A stretch of 64,000 nt of DNA from Escherichia phage vB_EcoM_VR25: the sequence record NC_028925.1; one strand, 5' to 3'. Shown piece after piece: positions 24,371-35,324 of this stretch. Under the pieces are notes generated by a model, which saw only the letters and a list, made by a program, of their open reading frames with translations, did no database searches and had not been told where the DNA came from. The position numbers and the translations under genes are program-made. Each line of letters opens with the position of its first letter. Within the stretch, counting starts at the first letter, position 1.

Positions 24371-27085
24371 TTAAAAGTCAAACATATCAAAAAGAGTTGC
24401 TTTCTTTTCGTAATCAACCTTTGCAGCTTCAGAGAAACCTGTCAATGGCTTAACAAAAGTCTTCTGGAACAGTGTGTTGTAGTCCATCCATTGCAGGACC
24501 TGGTCGCGGATTTCAATCGGGAGTTCAATCCCCGATGGCCATGCAATCACAGTTTCACCAAACGGGTTGCCGACTTTAAGAGGAAGCACATACACTTTTT
24601 CCCCTTCCATGATTTGCGGAACAGTCTTCAGACCTTTAGTTGCACGCATATAAGCGAGCACACCTTTGATATGAGCCGGGCACTTAAATCCAGGGAAACC
24701 ACCTTCGTTATATTTCTGGATGTTGTTAACCGATGATACACCCGCGATGGTCATATAGTTAAGCTCATTAAATTCCTTGTTGAATTCCTTGAAGTATGTC
24801 TGCAGAGATTCTTCACCTTCTTGCAACATACGACGGATACATTCTTTCAGAGCTTTCTGGCATGCCTTTGGAGTACTCGACTTTTGAGTTTCCAGTCCCA
24901 TGATTTTCAGTTTCGGAACAGCATATCGTGTGCCTTCCATATCATATACGTTCAGTGCATAACGCTTCTTCGCTGTCCAGAATCCACCAACACCTTTAGA
25001 ACCCAGCGGAGGACATGCAATTGCTTCACGGTCCATAAACATAAGGTGCTGTTTGTTGTTCATGTATTCAGCCAGTTCACGGAAAGCTTTATCGATTGCC
25101 GGTTCCAGACGGTCTTTTGCAAACTTGTCCATGAAGTCAACCAGGTGGTTTGTATCACGGAATTTAGATTCGCCACCAACCTTTTTAATCAGGTTATCGC
25201 ACTGGATATAAATGGAGTCAGTATCACCATAGAATACGTAAGTCTGACCTTGTGTACCACAAACACCATCAAAGTATTCGTTAACTTTACGTTCAATCCA
25301 CTGCAATGCCAACTGCCCGAAAGATGTAATCGCAGTTGCATTTCGCAGGTCAAAGTAACGGAACCAGATATTGCCCAGGGCACCATAACAGCTATTGATA
25401 AGCAGTTTACGGTTAATCTGTGCGGTCATACCAGCAACTTCTTCCATCTGTGCTTTATACAGCATACCATTCAGGACGGTTTGATTCAGACCATGTAAGG
25501 TTGTTTTCATATTGTCATCAAAGTCATGACGATAATCAACTTCTGGTTCGGTTGTGCCGGTTCCTGGATTACTCAGAGCTTCCTTAATCAGTTCACCATT
25601 ACGTTGAGCAGCAAGCATATAACCTTTGTGTTCTTTACGCTGATTAAACACCTTGGTGACTTCTGTCGGAATAATACCCGCAACATCTTTAAAATACATC
25701 ATACCATTTGGCGCACAACTAAATGCATCAGATGGACGGTCAGCAGTTCCTGCGATGTATTCGTGCATATGGGCTGGTGCAAATGACCCGGCAATCGTTT
25801 CTGGACTGATGTTAATCTGTCGGATGATGCTCGGATAAAGAGATGTTAAGTCGCAGCTCATTACATATTTGTATGCGTTCGGAATCGGTTCCTTAACAAA
25901 TGCACCAGGGAACGATTGACGAACATGTGATTTGGTTTCCGGGATAACCTTGTTTTGAGTCTTCAGACTGTTAAAGATAATCGCATCCCAAGTTTTGATT
26001 GGGCTGAATACAGACTGAATCTGCATCTTTGCATAATAACCCATCGATTGGCTCAGGTTAATGAACTGTCGCTTACGGTCAATCTGTACAACACGATAAA
26101 CGTCAATGATGTTATAGCTAATGTATCGCTGATGATTTGATTCGCGCAGTTTAGAAATCGGGCCATCATACGGGAGTTTACCAACGCCCAGCTCAGATTC
26201 CGCAACATAGTCCAACGAGTAAGATGGTTGGTTTGTGAAGCTGAACTTTTTGTACAGGTCCAGATAATCCAGAACAGAGACACCCAGAATCTGAATGATT
26301 TCTTGTTCTTCACCAAAGCCGTTGTTAATGACTTTAACTTTTGTACGACGATGTGGACTTAGACGTTTTGCCGTAGCTTCACCAAATACATTTTTTAGGC
26401 GGTTGTAGATATATGGAATATCAAATTTCTCGATGTTCCAACCAGTTAACATAACCGGAGTTTTCTCGTTCCAGAATACCAAATACTGCTGGAGCATTTC
26501 TTCTTCTGAATCGAAAGCCATATAAACAATTTTTTCAAGGATTTCACTCGGGACTTCATCACCACCATCTTCCTGCAGCTTAGCAGCAATATCAATAGAC
26601 CATTGCTCCACAGTAGCGTATGGTGAGCCCAAAAGGTCAAAGACATAGAATTTATCGTCTACCGAATCATAGTGCGTCAGGGCATCAATAGGGTGACGTG
26701 CTTCAGACGGCTCAGGGAACCCATCAGGAGATGTCACCTCGATATCGAAGTTAGCCACACGGATTTTACTTGAATCATATTTGATTTCATGTGGGTAACG
26801 GTCGCTCAGGTATGCGAGTTTGAAATCGTCCATACCCATAGCTTCGAGGCCCATATCGTTCATGCGCTTCATCCATTGCGAAGCATCACGCATGGAATCA
26901 AACTCTTTTTTCACACAACCTTTATTATAGATGTCTGAATATTTTGTTGCTTGGCCTTCACGAGCGTGCATAAAGAGACAAGGAGTATATGGAATTTCAC
27001 GGGTTCGCTCATTACCATTCTTGTCAATATAACGTTCGTGAAGATTATCGCCGATTTGTTCGATAGTTAAATAAAATTCTTGCAT
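24371..27085 (-). CDS. 43: DNA polymerase gp43 (family B), 904 aa
   Basis: Exonuclease FDIE and polymerase YGDTDS motifs; size matches T4 gp43. Confidence 0.95.
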   Translation of the reverse strand: MQEFYLTIEQIGDNLHERYIDKNGNERTREIPYTPCLFMHAREGQATKYSDIYNKGCVKKEFDSMRDASQWMKRMNDMGLEAMGMDDFKLAYLSDRYPHEIKYDSSKIRVANFDIEVTSPDGFPEPSEARHPIDALTHYDSVDDKFYVFDLLGSPYATVEQWSIDIAAKLQEDGGDEVPSEILEKIVYMAFDSEEEMLQQYLVFWNEKTPVMLTGWNIEKFDIPYIYNRLKNVFGEATAKRLSPHRRTKVKVINNGFGEEQEIIQILGVSVLDYLDLYKKFSFTNQPSYSLDYVAESELGVGKLPYDGPISKLRESNHQRYISYNIIDVYRVVQIDRKRQFINLSQSMGYYAKMQIQSVFSPIKTWDAIIFNSLKTQNKVIPETKSHVRQSFPGAFVKEPIPNAYKYVMSCDLTSLYPSIIRQINISPETIAGSFAPAHMHEYIAGTADRPSDAFSCAPNGMMYFKDVAGIIPTEVTKVFNQRKEHKGYMLAAQRNGELIKEALSNPGTGTTEPEVDYRHDFDDNMKTTLHGLNQTVLNGMLYKAQMEEVAGMTAQINRKLLINSCYGALGNIWFRYFDLRNATAITSFGQLALQWIERKVNEYFDGVCGTQGQTYVFYGDTDSIYIQCDNLIKKVGGESKFRDTNHLVDFMDKFAKDRLEPAIDKAFRELAEYMNNKQHLMFMDREAIACPPLGSKGVGGFWTAKKRYALNVYDMEGTRYAVPKLKIMGLETQKSSTPKACQKALKECIRRMLQEGEESLQTYFKEFNKEFNELNYMTIAGVSSVNNIQKYNEGGFPGFKCPAHIKGVLAYMRATKGLKTVPQIMEGEKVYVLPLKVGNPFGETVIAWPSGIELPIEIRDQVLQWMDYNTLFQKTFVKPLTGFSEAAKVDYEKKATLFDMFDF

Positions 27086-27150
27086 TTGGTTTCCTTTATA
27101 GTCGAGTGATTGACTTTTGTTTTATGACTTGACGCTATTATACTACAAAA

Positions 27151-27164
27151 GGGACCGAAGTCCC
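27151..27164 (-). terminator. stem-loop gggac-cgaa-gtccc upstream of gene 43
   Basis: Inverted repeat with UUCG loop; may also act as a regulatory hairpin. Confidence 0.45.
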
Positions 27165-27170
27165 TTTGCT

Positions 27171-27377
27171 TTAAATTTCTACTACTTGTTTTTGCATTTG
27201 TGGATGGCGATTTTCATCATAAGTAAAACACATTATAACTTTACGCTCAGGGTGCTTTTCTAAAGTTTCTTTTACCTGATATTGGATTTGTTCATCTATA
27301 GGAAGATTTATCCAGGCTGGTGCAGGGATAATAATATTACCCATATCTGAAACGGTTAGTTGAGCAATAGAATTCAT
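27171..27377 (-). CDS. hypothetical protein, about 68 aa
   Basis: ATG one nt after the regA stop; no counterpart between regA and 43 in T4 as recalled. Confidence 0.45.
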   Translation of the reverse strand: MNSIAQLTVSDMGNIIIPAPAWINLPIDEQIQYQVKETLEKHPERKVIMCFTYDENRHPQMQKQVVEI

Positions 27378-27378
27378 A

Positions 27379-27747
27379 TTAATTACCAATTGTGTATTTG
27401 GCCACAAGTTTCCAGTCGTCTTTTTGTTTGAAGGAGATAACACGGAAGTTGTTTGTTACTGCGAACAATTCATTATGCTCTTCTTCTTTGATAGCGATTA
27501 AGCCCCAGTCTTCGAGCAGTTGAGCGATGGAATCACGGCGCTGATAGTCTTCACCATCAATATCCACCTGGCGACCATCCATGCGCAGCATTTCTTTGAA
27601 GTGGACAATATAGTAACGGCCTTGCTTTTGGAGGATGTGGCAGCTCTGGTACAGCACACGGTCTTTATTATTCGCGATGCCCATACGGGTCAGAGTTTCT
27701 TTAACTTTCAGGAAGTCTTCAGGTTGCTTTAATGTAATTTCAATCAT
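27379..27747 (-). CDS. regA: translational repressor RegA, 122 aa
   Basis: Near-identical length and sequence to T4 RegA by recall (MIEITLKQPEDFLKVKETLTRMGIANN...). Confidence 0.9.
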   Translation of the reverse strand: MIEITLKQPEDFLKVKETLTRMGIANNKDRVLYQSCHILQKQGRYYIVHFKEMLRMDGRQVDIDGEDYQRRDSIAQLLEDWGLIAIKEEEHNELFAVTNNFRVISFKQKDDWKLVAKYTIGN

Positions 27748-27748
27748 T

Positions 27749-28327
27749 TTACCATTCCAATATTTGTTTTTTAATTTCTTTTTGTTCTTTCACATTACTG
27801 GTAACGGTCTTTAAGAATTCATCCGTTACCAGACCTTTTGTCTTTTTCAAAACATCTTTAAGACTGCCTTTAACTTTTAACGTCTCAAGATACATCAAAG
27901 CATCATCTGCATTAATTGTATAATATTTCATTAGAAGCTTAATCACTAGCTGGACGTTGACCGCATCGGGTTCAGCCTTCGCCCATTTACCATATCGCTT
28001 ACCTTGCGGGACCGCGTGCAACAGATAATTATAATGCTGCTGGTCTGTTAACCCGGCACCGATTAAGTTCATCACATTGACCTGCATAATACAATCAACA
28101 TGTTGGCTCAGGGCATTGTCCAACCAAAATTTATTATAGTTTTCCGATTGAATCAGGCACCGAGGCTTTTTACTCACGGTGACATCATTAAGAATCGCAA
28201 ACAATTCATTTTCGGCTTTCTCTTTGTATGAATCAGACAATTCCTGAATTTTGTTAAAGTCGCGTGATTTCCACGCAACCTCATGTTCGTTTAATTGAAC
28301 GTCATCATCAAAGAGACTTACAGCCAT
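27749..28327 (-). CDS. 62: clamp loader small subunit gp62, 192 aa
   Basis: Position between regA and 44; size close to T4 gp62. Confidence 0.8.
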   Translation of the reverse strand: MAVSLFDDDVQLNEHEVAWKSRDFNKIQELSDSYKEKAENELFAILNDVTVSKKPRCLIQSENYNKFWLDNALSQHVDCIMQVNVMNLIGAGLTDQQHYNYLLHAVPQGKRYGKWAKAEPDAVNVQLVIKLLMKYYTINADDALMYLETLKVKGSLKDVLKKTKGLVTDEFLKTVTSNVKEQKEIKKQILEW

Positions 28328-29295
28328 TTCATTTCCCCAGCCAGTTGAGCAAACAAGTAGGTCAGGTGAACTTCGGTGTTCGCTGCCAGCCCGTGATACT
28401 GATTGTTCTCACCCACAATTTCATACATACGGATGATGCTTGCGCCGGTCAGTTTGCCGTACATTTCATCAGCGAGCTTGGCAATGAAGTTTGAATAATC
28501 ATTTGCAAATTTCGGCGCCAGACCACGAAGAACTTTAAAGTTACGGTCTTTAAGGGCATCAATCACATCATCGATTGGAGTGCGATTATTTGTCACGATA
28601 CTTAAGATACCAGAATCGATAACACCCTTCGCAGAGTAACGGTCAAGCTCGTTAATTGTCTTACGCAAGTCCGGGAAGTTATGCTTAACCAGGGCAGCAA
28701 CAACTTTCAGGTCTTCGATTTCAACACCTTCGTTCTTACAGATAGCCACTGAACGATGAATCATCTGCTTGAGCATGGAGGTACGGTCTTCATCGGTTGA
28801 CTCACCGAATTTAATCACACGGCAACGGGACTGCAATGGAGTGATGATACCATCGATGTTGTTCGCGGTCATAATGATAGAACAGTTACTTGAATAAGCT
28901 TCCATGAAACTACGAAGATGTCGCTGGGATTCTGCCAGACCCGCACGGTCAAACTCATCGATAACGATTACCTTACGGCGTCCTTCGATTGATTTGGATG
29001 ATGCAAAGCGAGTCAATTCATTACGCACAAAGTCAATTCGGCAATCGGAGCCGTTAACAAACAGCATATCAGAATTCGTATCCGCGCACATAGCTTTCGC
29101 AACTGTTGTCTTACCAGTGCCAGGGGAACTACTGACCAGAATCAAGTTAGGAATCAAACCTTTTTTAACAATCGCCTCTAATGTTTCTTTATCATGAGCC
29201 GGCAGAATACACTCTGATAATGTACCCGGGCGGTATTTTTGTTCCCACATGAAGTCGGATTCGTTGACTGTTAGACCGTTAATTACTGTTGCCAT
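28318..29295 (-). CDS. 44: clamp loader AAA+ subunit gp44, about 325 aa
   Basis: Walker A SSSPGTGKTT; start set at an internal ATG with GAGGA Shine-Dalgarno. Confidence 0.9.
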   Translation of the reverse strand: MATVINGLTVNESDFMWEQKYRPGTLSECILPAHDKETLEAIVKKGLIPNLILVSSSPGTGKTTVAKAMCADTNSDMLFVNGSDCRIDFVRNELTRFASSKSIEGRRKVIVIDEFDRAGLAESQRHLRSFMEAYSSNCSIIMTANNIDGIITPLQSRCRVIKFGESTDEDRTSMLKQMIHRSVAICKNEGVEIEDLKVVAALVKHNFPDLRKTINELDRYSAKGVIDSGILSIVTNNRTPIDDVIDALKDRNFKVLRGLAPKFANDYSNFIAKLADEMYGKLTGASIIRMYEIVGENNQYHGLAANTEVHLTYLFAQLAGEMKWL

Positions 29296-29352
29296 TATTA
29301 TTTTCCTCATATTAGTTTTACTTTGTACTCCATGGGGCCGAAGCCCCATTTA

Positions 29353-30048
29353 TTAATCTTGGAATTCGTGGCTAGAGCCTTGTTCCATTGCAATCACATA
29401 ACTTGCTTGTGTGCCTTCAAACTTCGTAGCAAATTTATCATCTTTCGCCCAAAGCATAACACGGTAATCAGCCGGAATCATTTTCATGTTCAGTTTGTTA
29501 ATGATAAATTTAAACGCTGCATCACCTTCGTAATCACCACACACCAGGGAATAAAGCGGGCGCGCTAACTCTTTATCTTCAAGCTGGTTATAACCATGGA
29601 TAACAATCTTACCATCTTTGTTGGTGATAGCAAAAGTATCCAGAGACAAACCACCGGCCACACGCAGAAGCTGCTGCAGGTCACTACCTTTCAGGTCGAA
29701 GATAACCTTAGCTACCGGGAAAGGAATCTTCTTAGCAGGGAACACGATAGTGCTCGGGTCAGCTGCAGGCCAGTGAATCGTTGAACGTTGGTCTTTGATA
29801 ATGATGTTTGATGCATCTTCAGCCAGAGATACTTCAGCTTGGTCAGTTACCAGGCCCAGGATACTTAAGAAGCCGTTCAGGTCATAAATTGCAGCTTCAA
29901 AGTCAATTGTATCATTGATTTCAGATTCACCATATGACGCTCCAGTTACGGAACGAGTCAGGATAGTATTACCTGGTTTAAGCATAATGCCAGAGTAGAT
30001 GGAGGTGAAGTTTTTCAGAACTGCGATAGTGTCTTTAGAGAATTTCAT
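29353..30048 (-). CDS. 45: sliding clamp gp45, 231 aa
   Basis: Sequence matches T4 gp45 by recall (MKFSKDT..., PAADPSTIVFP, LLWAK). Confidence 0.9.
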   Translation of the reverse strand: MKFSKDTIAVLKNFTSIYSGIMLKPGNTILTRSVTGASYGESEINDTIDFEAAIYDLNGFLSILGLVTDQAEVSLAEDASNIIIKDQRSTIHWPAADPSTIVFPAKKIPFPVAKVIFDLKGSDLQQLLRVAGGLSLDTFAITNKDGKIVIHGYNQLEDKELARPLYSLVCGDYEGDAAFKFIINKLNMKMIPADYRVMLWAKDDKFATKFEGTQASYVIAMEQGSSHEFQD

Positions 30049-30078
30049 TTAATTACCTTTTATTCAAATCAAAATTAA

Positions 30079-30504
30079 TTAAGCAACAACTGCCATTTGT
30101 TTGCGGATAGCTTCCGGAAGAGATTCAATATACTCTGGAAGTTGCGCAGCAATAATAGAACCAGCTTGGACCAGGTGGTCATCGAAGTCAACACAGTAAT
30201 CATCTTCTAGACGTTCGGAGCCGTCACGGTCGATAACCAGTTTAGCACCAGCTGCCAGAGATTCGGTGTAATGACGTTGCATCAGTTCAATCCACTTATC
30301 AGATACATCAGTATCGATAACACCATACAGCATAAATTTAACTTCTTGAGGAAGTGATTTCAGACGGGTAGCAGATACTTCATCACATGCCAGGACCCAG
30401 GATTTACGGATGCGGTTTTGGTTATGTGGGTTAGCGTCAGTGCGGATGGTTTTAACTTGGATATCTTTAGCAGTTACGTTGTTCATAATATTCTCTCTAT
30501 TCAA
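30079..30504 (-). CDS. rpbA: RNA polymerase binding protein RpbA-like, 141 aa
   Basis: Positional equivalent of T4 rpbA downstream of gene 45; start may be an internal ATG. Confidence 0.5.
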   Translation of the reverse strand: MNRENIMNNVTAKDIQVKTIRTDANPHNQNRIRKSWVLACDEVSATRLKSLPQEVKFMLYGVIDTDVSDKWIELMQRHYTESLAAGAKLVIDRDGSERLEDDYCVDFDDHLVQAGSIIAAQLPEYIESLPEAIRKQMAVVA

Positions 30505-30509
30505 TTCAA

Positions 30510-30761
30510 TTAATCAAAGTATTCATATGCGAACCAGGCTTTGTGTCTGTTCGCGATTATTTTAACATATTCTTCACCGAAAGCGTTTTGCAAGTCACGT
30601 TCAGTAACTAGGTGTTCATCTTTCGAAAAGGTATTTACTAACACATATCGTTTAATTTCGGGGACAGCCAGTAAATGCTGCCCGGTTAAGAAGTCAGCCA
30701 TAACAGCCTCTATTATAACATCCTTGTTTAAAGCATTATTCCATAACAGTGAATCGACCAA
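30510..30761 (-). CDS. hypothetical protein, 83 aa
   Basis: ORF between rpbA and 46. Confidence 0.45.
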   Translation of the reverse strand: MVDSLLWNNALNKDVIIEAVMADFLTGQHLLAVPEIKRYVLVNTFSKDEHLVTERDLQNAFGEEYVKIIANRHKAWFAYEYFD

Positions 30762-32430
30762 CTTTTTTCATCTGGAGATGTTGCCCGTATGCTTCCGGGT
30801 CATGGTCTCGGTGACTGATAATAAAGATGTTGGTGTCTTCCAATTTGTTCAGGATGGTAGCAATTGCTTTAACACCCTCTACATCAGTAGCTGAATCGAA
30901 AACTTCGTCCAGAATCAATGTGTTGATATTGACACCAGATACTTTTGCAGCAATATCACGCCATGTAAACAGCAATGCAATATCGATACGAGCTTTTTCA
31001 CCCTGGCTAAATGATGCATAGCTAAAGTCTTCACGCCCACGAGATTTAATCGTTTCGTTGAATTCTTCATCAAGCGTAAAACTATAATCAGCTTCCATAA
31101 CTTTCAGATAAGCATTAATTTGCTTATTAAAGATAGGAATATATTTCTTAATAATCGCGCCTTTGATTCCAGAATCTTTCAACATATCCGTTAAGATACC
31201 ACGTTGATATTTTTCCATAACAAGGTTTGATTTCTGTTTGACTATTTTATCAAGCTGGTCTTGAAGCGTTTTAATATCATCGGCATGGTCAATGAATTCA
31301 GACTTAGCTTGCTCAATTAACGTCTTAACCTTTTTAGCTTTATCCACAGTCTGGATTAATGTTTGTTTCTTAGTTTGAATCTCTTGAGCTATTGTACGTT
31401 GGTTTTGTCTTGCTTCAGCGTACGCATCAAATCGCTCCTGAATGGAGGCCTGGAGAGCTTTATGGCTATCAGACTCACGATTATACTCTTCAATCTTTGT
31501 CTCAATTCTGGGGACTATGGAGTCTCCTGGCGACAATTGACTCAAACACGTTTGGCAACAACCGCCTTTCTCGTACAAACCGATTACCTTACGGAAGCTA
31601 TCGATTTTCGATTTAATCAGGAACGATTCTTGCTTGACTTTCGTCAGTTCCTGTTCAGGGTCTTCGCCCAAAATAATCTCGGTCAATCTTGTCGTTGCTT
31701 CATCAATCGTTGATTTGATATCACGTGCTTCTGAAGCCAAATCATCATACATCGTTTGCAACCGCAGCAGATTATCACCTGATAATTTTTTCTGCTTTTC
31801 AACGTTGTCCTGGTAGATTTTAATCTGTTGCACAACACCATCATGCTGAACATCAATCACCTGGATTTGGCTATTGACTTCGCGGATAAGAGATTTGTTC
31901 AGCTTATCCATATCGGCCAGTACAGAAACCTCTAACAGGTCTTCGACAAGTTTTCTTCTTGCAGGAGTGGATAGGCCCATGAAAGGGGTATATCCAGCTG
32001 TGCCGAGTACGACAATCTGTTTGAAACTGGCGTATGACATTCCGATAAGCTGTTCAAATTCTGCTTGGAAGTCTTTACTGCTGGCAGATTCATCAAGACG
32101 TTCACCGCCACAAGAGATTTCAAAAACATTGGGTTTTTGCCCACGTTTGATATAGTATTCTTTTCCATCATATTCCATCCACAATTCAACGAGCATATCT
32201 TTTTTGTTGCTCGAGTTAATCAACTGCCCTTTCTTAACATCACGAAAAGGCTTACCAAACAATGCAAATGTAACGGCTTCAAGGAAGGTTGATTTACCTG
32301 CACCGTTCTTACCGGTCACCAGAGTTTTCTGGACCTTATCGAGTTGAACCGTAATTGCTTGCGCTCCAACTGACATGATATTTTTATAGATAACTTTCTT
32401 TAGCTTAAAAGTCTTCATCGTAATAAGCAT
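30736..32430 (-). CDS. 46: recombination nuclease subunit gp46 (Rad50/SbcC-like ATPase), 564 aa
   Basis: Walker A GKNGAGKST, long coiled coil and C-terminal ABC signature. Confidence 0.9.
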   Translation of the reverse strand: MLITMKTFKLKKVIYKNIMSVGAQAITVQLDKVQKTLVTGKNGAGKSTFLEAVTFALFGKPFRDVKKGQLINSSNKKDMLVELWMEYDGKEYYIKRGQKPNVFEISCGGERLDESASSKDFQAEFEQLIGMSYASFKQIVVLGTAGYTPFMGLSTPARRKLVEDLLEVSVLADMDKLNKSLIREVNSQIQVIDVQHDGVVQQIKIYQDNVEKQKKLSGDNLLRLQTMYDDLASEARDIKSTIDEATTRLTEIILGEDPEQELTKVKQESFLIKSKIDSFRKVIGLYEKGGCCQTCLSQLSPGDSIVPRIETKIEEYNRESDSHKALQASIQERFDAYAEARQNQRTIAQEIQTKKQTLIQTVDKAKKVKTLIEQAKSEFIDHADDIKTLQDQLDKIVKQKSNLVMEKYQRGILTDMLKDSGIKGAIIKKYIPIFNKQINAYLKVMEADYSFTLDEEFNETIKSRGREDFSYASFSQGEKARIDIALLFTWRDIAAKVSGVNINTLILDEVFDSATDVEGVKAIATILNKLEDTNIFIISHRDHDPEAYGQHLQMKKVGRFTVME

Positions 32431-32668
32431 CCTTGATGCAAGATTCTGCCATATGAATTAATGTCTCTGGTGTATCATCTTCCATTACATTAAAGCTAAA
32501 TTCTACAGCCCAATCAGTGACTACATAGACTTTGATAAGTTGACCGGTTTCCCGGTCAGTAATGGCTTCAAACCAATACTTAATAGTATTCGGTTGGTTA
32601 TCATCGTCAACCACATCACATTCGCGGATATGTTCAAGACCCGCTTCATTAAAATCATAAAGTCTCAC
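32405..32668 (-). CDS. hypothetical acidic protein, 87 aa (position of 46.1)
   Basis: ORF between 46 and 47. Confidence 0.45.
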   Translation of the reverse strand: MRLYDFNEAGLEHIRECDVVDDDNQPNTIKYWFEAITDRETGQLIKVYVVTDWAVEFSFNVMEDDTPETLIHMAESCIKDAYYDEDF

Positions 32669-33684
32669 GGTTGCACCTCAAGGTATAATTTGTTGGCCAA
32701 TGCTTTAAGAGCTTTTGATTCTTTTTCATTGGCATCAGGTAATGCATCGATATATTCTGCCATCATATCCGTTAAGCGTTTTATGTCTAGCTCTTCATCT
32801 GCATCTGTTGTGTCTACACTATTGTCAACCTTATTGACAATACGCAAGTCATGCACGCGCTTTTCTAATTCAGATTCAAACTTGGTCAGTTCTTTATCGA
32901 CTTTTTCTACAATAACACGGACTGATAAGTCTTTGAAGTCGTCGTAGTTAATAGTTTCGTTTGGATAGAAAATCTTCCGATGCCAGGTGGTTTCATTCGG
33001 AATAAATTTCATCTCTTCGGTTTCGGTATTAAATTCCCAGAACCCGCGAGGGTCGTTCTCATCGCCTGCTGTTAATGTCCATGGTGTACCGATGTACTTA
33101 ACGTTTGCAGCTTCTGAAATGGTATGGAAGTGTCCAGACCAAACTTGCTTGTACTTCTTAAGGAAATCAGGCTCAAGCCCGTGTGATTTCAATCCTTTAT
33201 AGAAATAAAACCCGGTTAATTCCCAGTGACCGATGCAATATTCAGCGCCAGAGGTTTTGATGTGGTCATGAATAGCTGTCGCGTTCTCATCACACATCCA
33301 TGGAATCATATCAATCTGACAGCCGTCAAAATCAACAGTTGTTGGCTTATCGTAGATTTTAACATGGTCATACTTATTCAGGAGTTCGGTGATAGCGTTA
33401 GGATGAATCTTATTCTTCAGATTCATGTCATGGTTCCCGATTATCGTGTGCAGAGTAATTCCTGCTTCACGAAGGAGTTCCATAATCTCGCGGCTGAATT
33501 CCATTGTCTTATGCGTTACGGCCTTACGGACATCAAAGATATCACCATATTGAATCCAGACTTTAATTCCATTCGCCTTAGAATATGCAATCGCCTGTAA
33601 AATACCATCGCGTTGAATGTTTTGAGCCCATGGGTCGTCAGCTTTGACACCCAAGTGCCAATCACCTAAATTTAAAATTTTCAT
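32665..33684 (-). CDS. 47: recombination nuclease subunit gp47 (Mre11/SbcD-like phosphoesterase), 339 aa
   Basis: N-terminal LGDWHLG and GNHD phosphoesterase motifs. Confidence 0.9.
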   Translation of the reverse strand: MKILNLGDWHLGVKADDPWAQNIQRDGILQAIAYSKANGIKVWIQYGDIFDVRKAVTHKTMEFSREIMELLREAGITLHTIIGNHDMNLKNKIHPNAITELLNKYDHVKIYDKPTTVDFDGCQIDMIPWMCDENATAIHDHIKTSGAEYCIGHWELTGFYFYKGLKSHGLEPDFLKKYKQVWSGHFHTISEAANVKYIGTPWTLTAGDENDPRGFWEFNTETEEMKFIPNETTWHRKIFYPNETINYDDFKDLSVRVIVEKVDKELTKFESELEKRVHDLRIVNKVDNSVDTTDADEELDIKRLTDMMAEYIDALPDANEKESKALKALANKLYLEVQP

Positions 33685-33734
33685 ATACTCTCCTCAGTTG
33701 GTTCATTTTATCATCCCGATTATAAAGCAAAAAA

Positions 33735-33751
33735 GGAAGCACTAGGCTTCC
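33735..33751 (-). terminator. stem-loop ggaagc-acta-ggcttcc with flanking A/T runs
   Basis: Inverted repeat read from sequence; overlaps the 3' end of a hand-called small ORF (about 33738-33912) that is not listed as a separate feature. Confidence 0.4.
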
Positions 33752-34001
33752 TTTCCAATTAATACACCATACAGAGGTTCATGAGAAGACTTGAACTTGA
33801 TGGTTTTATAGGTAATAGTACCTTCATTTTCTGCTTTAATACGAGCGGCTTCAAATTGAAGCATCATCTCATTTTTGTCAGATTTAATCTTATCAAAATC
33901 CGTCGAACTCGTCATTCATACGCCCTCTTAAACCTTTTCGTATTCGTCGTTCAAGCTATTAAAAATCCGGATGTTCGTCATTCATTAACCTTCTCCAAAT
34001 C

Positions 34002-34205
34002 CTACCAGCGTTTCCACCATTTTTTAAGCTGGTGTGAATCAACCCACACCTTCGCTACTGGCTCAATCTGAAAAATACCGTCAGAATACTGGCCAATCAT
34101 TTTGTATTCGGTTTCGGTCTGCTTAATACAGATATTACCATATGAGCGAAGTCTGAAAGCGGCTCCAACAAGAAGCCGTTTAAAAGGTTTATTTACTAAT
34201 GCCAT
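34002..34205 (-). CDS. hypothetical basic protein, 67 aa
   Basis: ORF in the array. Confidence 0.35.
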   Translation of the reverse strand: MALVNKPFKRLLVGAAFRLRSYGNICIKQTETEYKMIGQYSDGIFQIEPVAKVWVDSHQLKKWWKRW

Positions 34206-34500
34206 TTACGATTTCCCAAATTTGCTTGCGAGTAGTTTCCCACATCAACTTAATCAGGTCTTCCGTAACTGGTTGGCGGTAAATTCCACGCAGTTTAACT
34301 AAAGCATATTTGTATGCTTCAAAATTGTTTTCCAGCACTGCCCCTTGAGCATGCTTATTCAGTCGTTCAATTTCACGAGCATTCTTTTTCAGAATCTTCG
34401 TGGCTTGGCTGGTAGCTTCGAGTGCGTTCGCTTCTTCGAGACGTTCCTGTGCTTCTTCAATCTGCTTATCGGTCAGTTGAGAAATATCTGGAGCTTGCAT
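34189..34500 (-). CDS. hypothetical protein, 103 aa
   Basis: ORF in the array. Confidence 0.45.
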   Translation of the reverse strand: MQAPDISQLTDKQIEEAQERLEEANALEATSQATKILKKNAREIERLNKHAQGAVLENNFEAYKYALVKLRGIYRQPVTEDLIKLMWETTRKQIWEIVNGISK

Positions 34501-34501
34501 A

Positions 34502-34753
34502 TTAATCCTTGGGAGTTAACTCAATTGTAAAATATAGATTAGCATTATCCACATGATAACGGTAATCAACGTTATTATCCGGTGAAGTAAATTCCAGATT
34601 CCGGACGTTTAAAGGGTCGATATCAATTGGAAGACCTTTTATGTCTCGCAGATAAAGTTTAATGAAATATGGGAGCGCTGTAAAGTCTTCCTCGATTTTA
34701 TCTAAAAAATCGGTAATATCAAATTGATGTTCCATATAAAAAATCCAAATCAC
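34502..34753 (-). CDS. hypothetical protein, 83 aa
   Basis: ORF in the array. Confidence 0.45.
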   Translation of the reverse strand: MIWIFYMEHQFDITDFLDKIEEDFTALPYFIKLYLRDIKGLPIDIDPLNVRNLEFTSPDNNVDYRYHVDNANLYFTIELTPKD

Positions 34754-35276
34754 CTTCTTTATCTTTGGCGCTCTTATCAGACCCTGGCGCTTTAACTAAG
34801 GAGGATTCGTACTGTGTCATTTTGTCATAGATGTCCTGGATAAATGTTTCGTCAGCCAGAGCCACCATATCGTCGTCACGTGAATCATACACGTTATGGA
34901 CGAAGTAGCTATATTTCTTTGCCATTTCTTTACGTTCTTTTTTGATACGCTGAACGAAAGCATTGAAGCAAGCCATTGTTATGTAAGCATGTGGATTATC
35001 GTATTTTGTTTCGTCGAAGTTATGAAGACCTTTTATTGCGGCCTCAATTCCGTCCGCTATCATTTCCTGCTTCCAAGATTGGGTATATCCTGAAAAGTTG
35101 AAACGTTTAGACAGACCTTCGGCTATAAGCATAATTGCCAGACCAATAACATCGTTCTGGCGAATAATTTTATTTGGGTCGGTGTTCGCATTCAGCTTCT
35201 GTTTCCACTCCGAAATAGCTTTCAGAAGCTCTTTATTATTTACATAGTTATTCTTGGTTAATTTAATTTCGTTCAT
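34719..35276 (-). CDS. 55: late transcription sigma factor gp55, 185 aa
   Basis: Sequence matches T4 gp55 by recall ([10 protein letters not shown]..., [36 protein letters not shown]). Confidence 0.9.
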   Translation of the reverse strand: MNEIKLTKNNYVNNKELLKAISEWKQKLNANTDPNKIIRQNDVIGLAIMLIAEGLSKRFNFSGYTQSWKQEMIADGIEAAIKGLHNFDETKYDNPHAYITMACFNAFVQRIKKERKEMAKKYSYFVHNVYDSRDDDMVALADETFIQDIYDKMTQYESSLVKAPGSDKSAKDKEGDLDFLYGTSI

Positions 35277-35324
35277 ATCGCCTCACTTAGTATATGAATA
35301 TTATATCATCCTTGATACAAAGCG

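Noticed and set aside
24821-25498. 225-aa plus-strand ORF
   Set aside because: Antisense inside DNA polymerase gene 43; Cys/Phe-rich composition typical of an A+T-rich antisense frame
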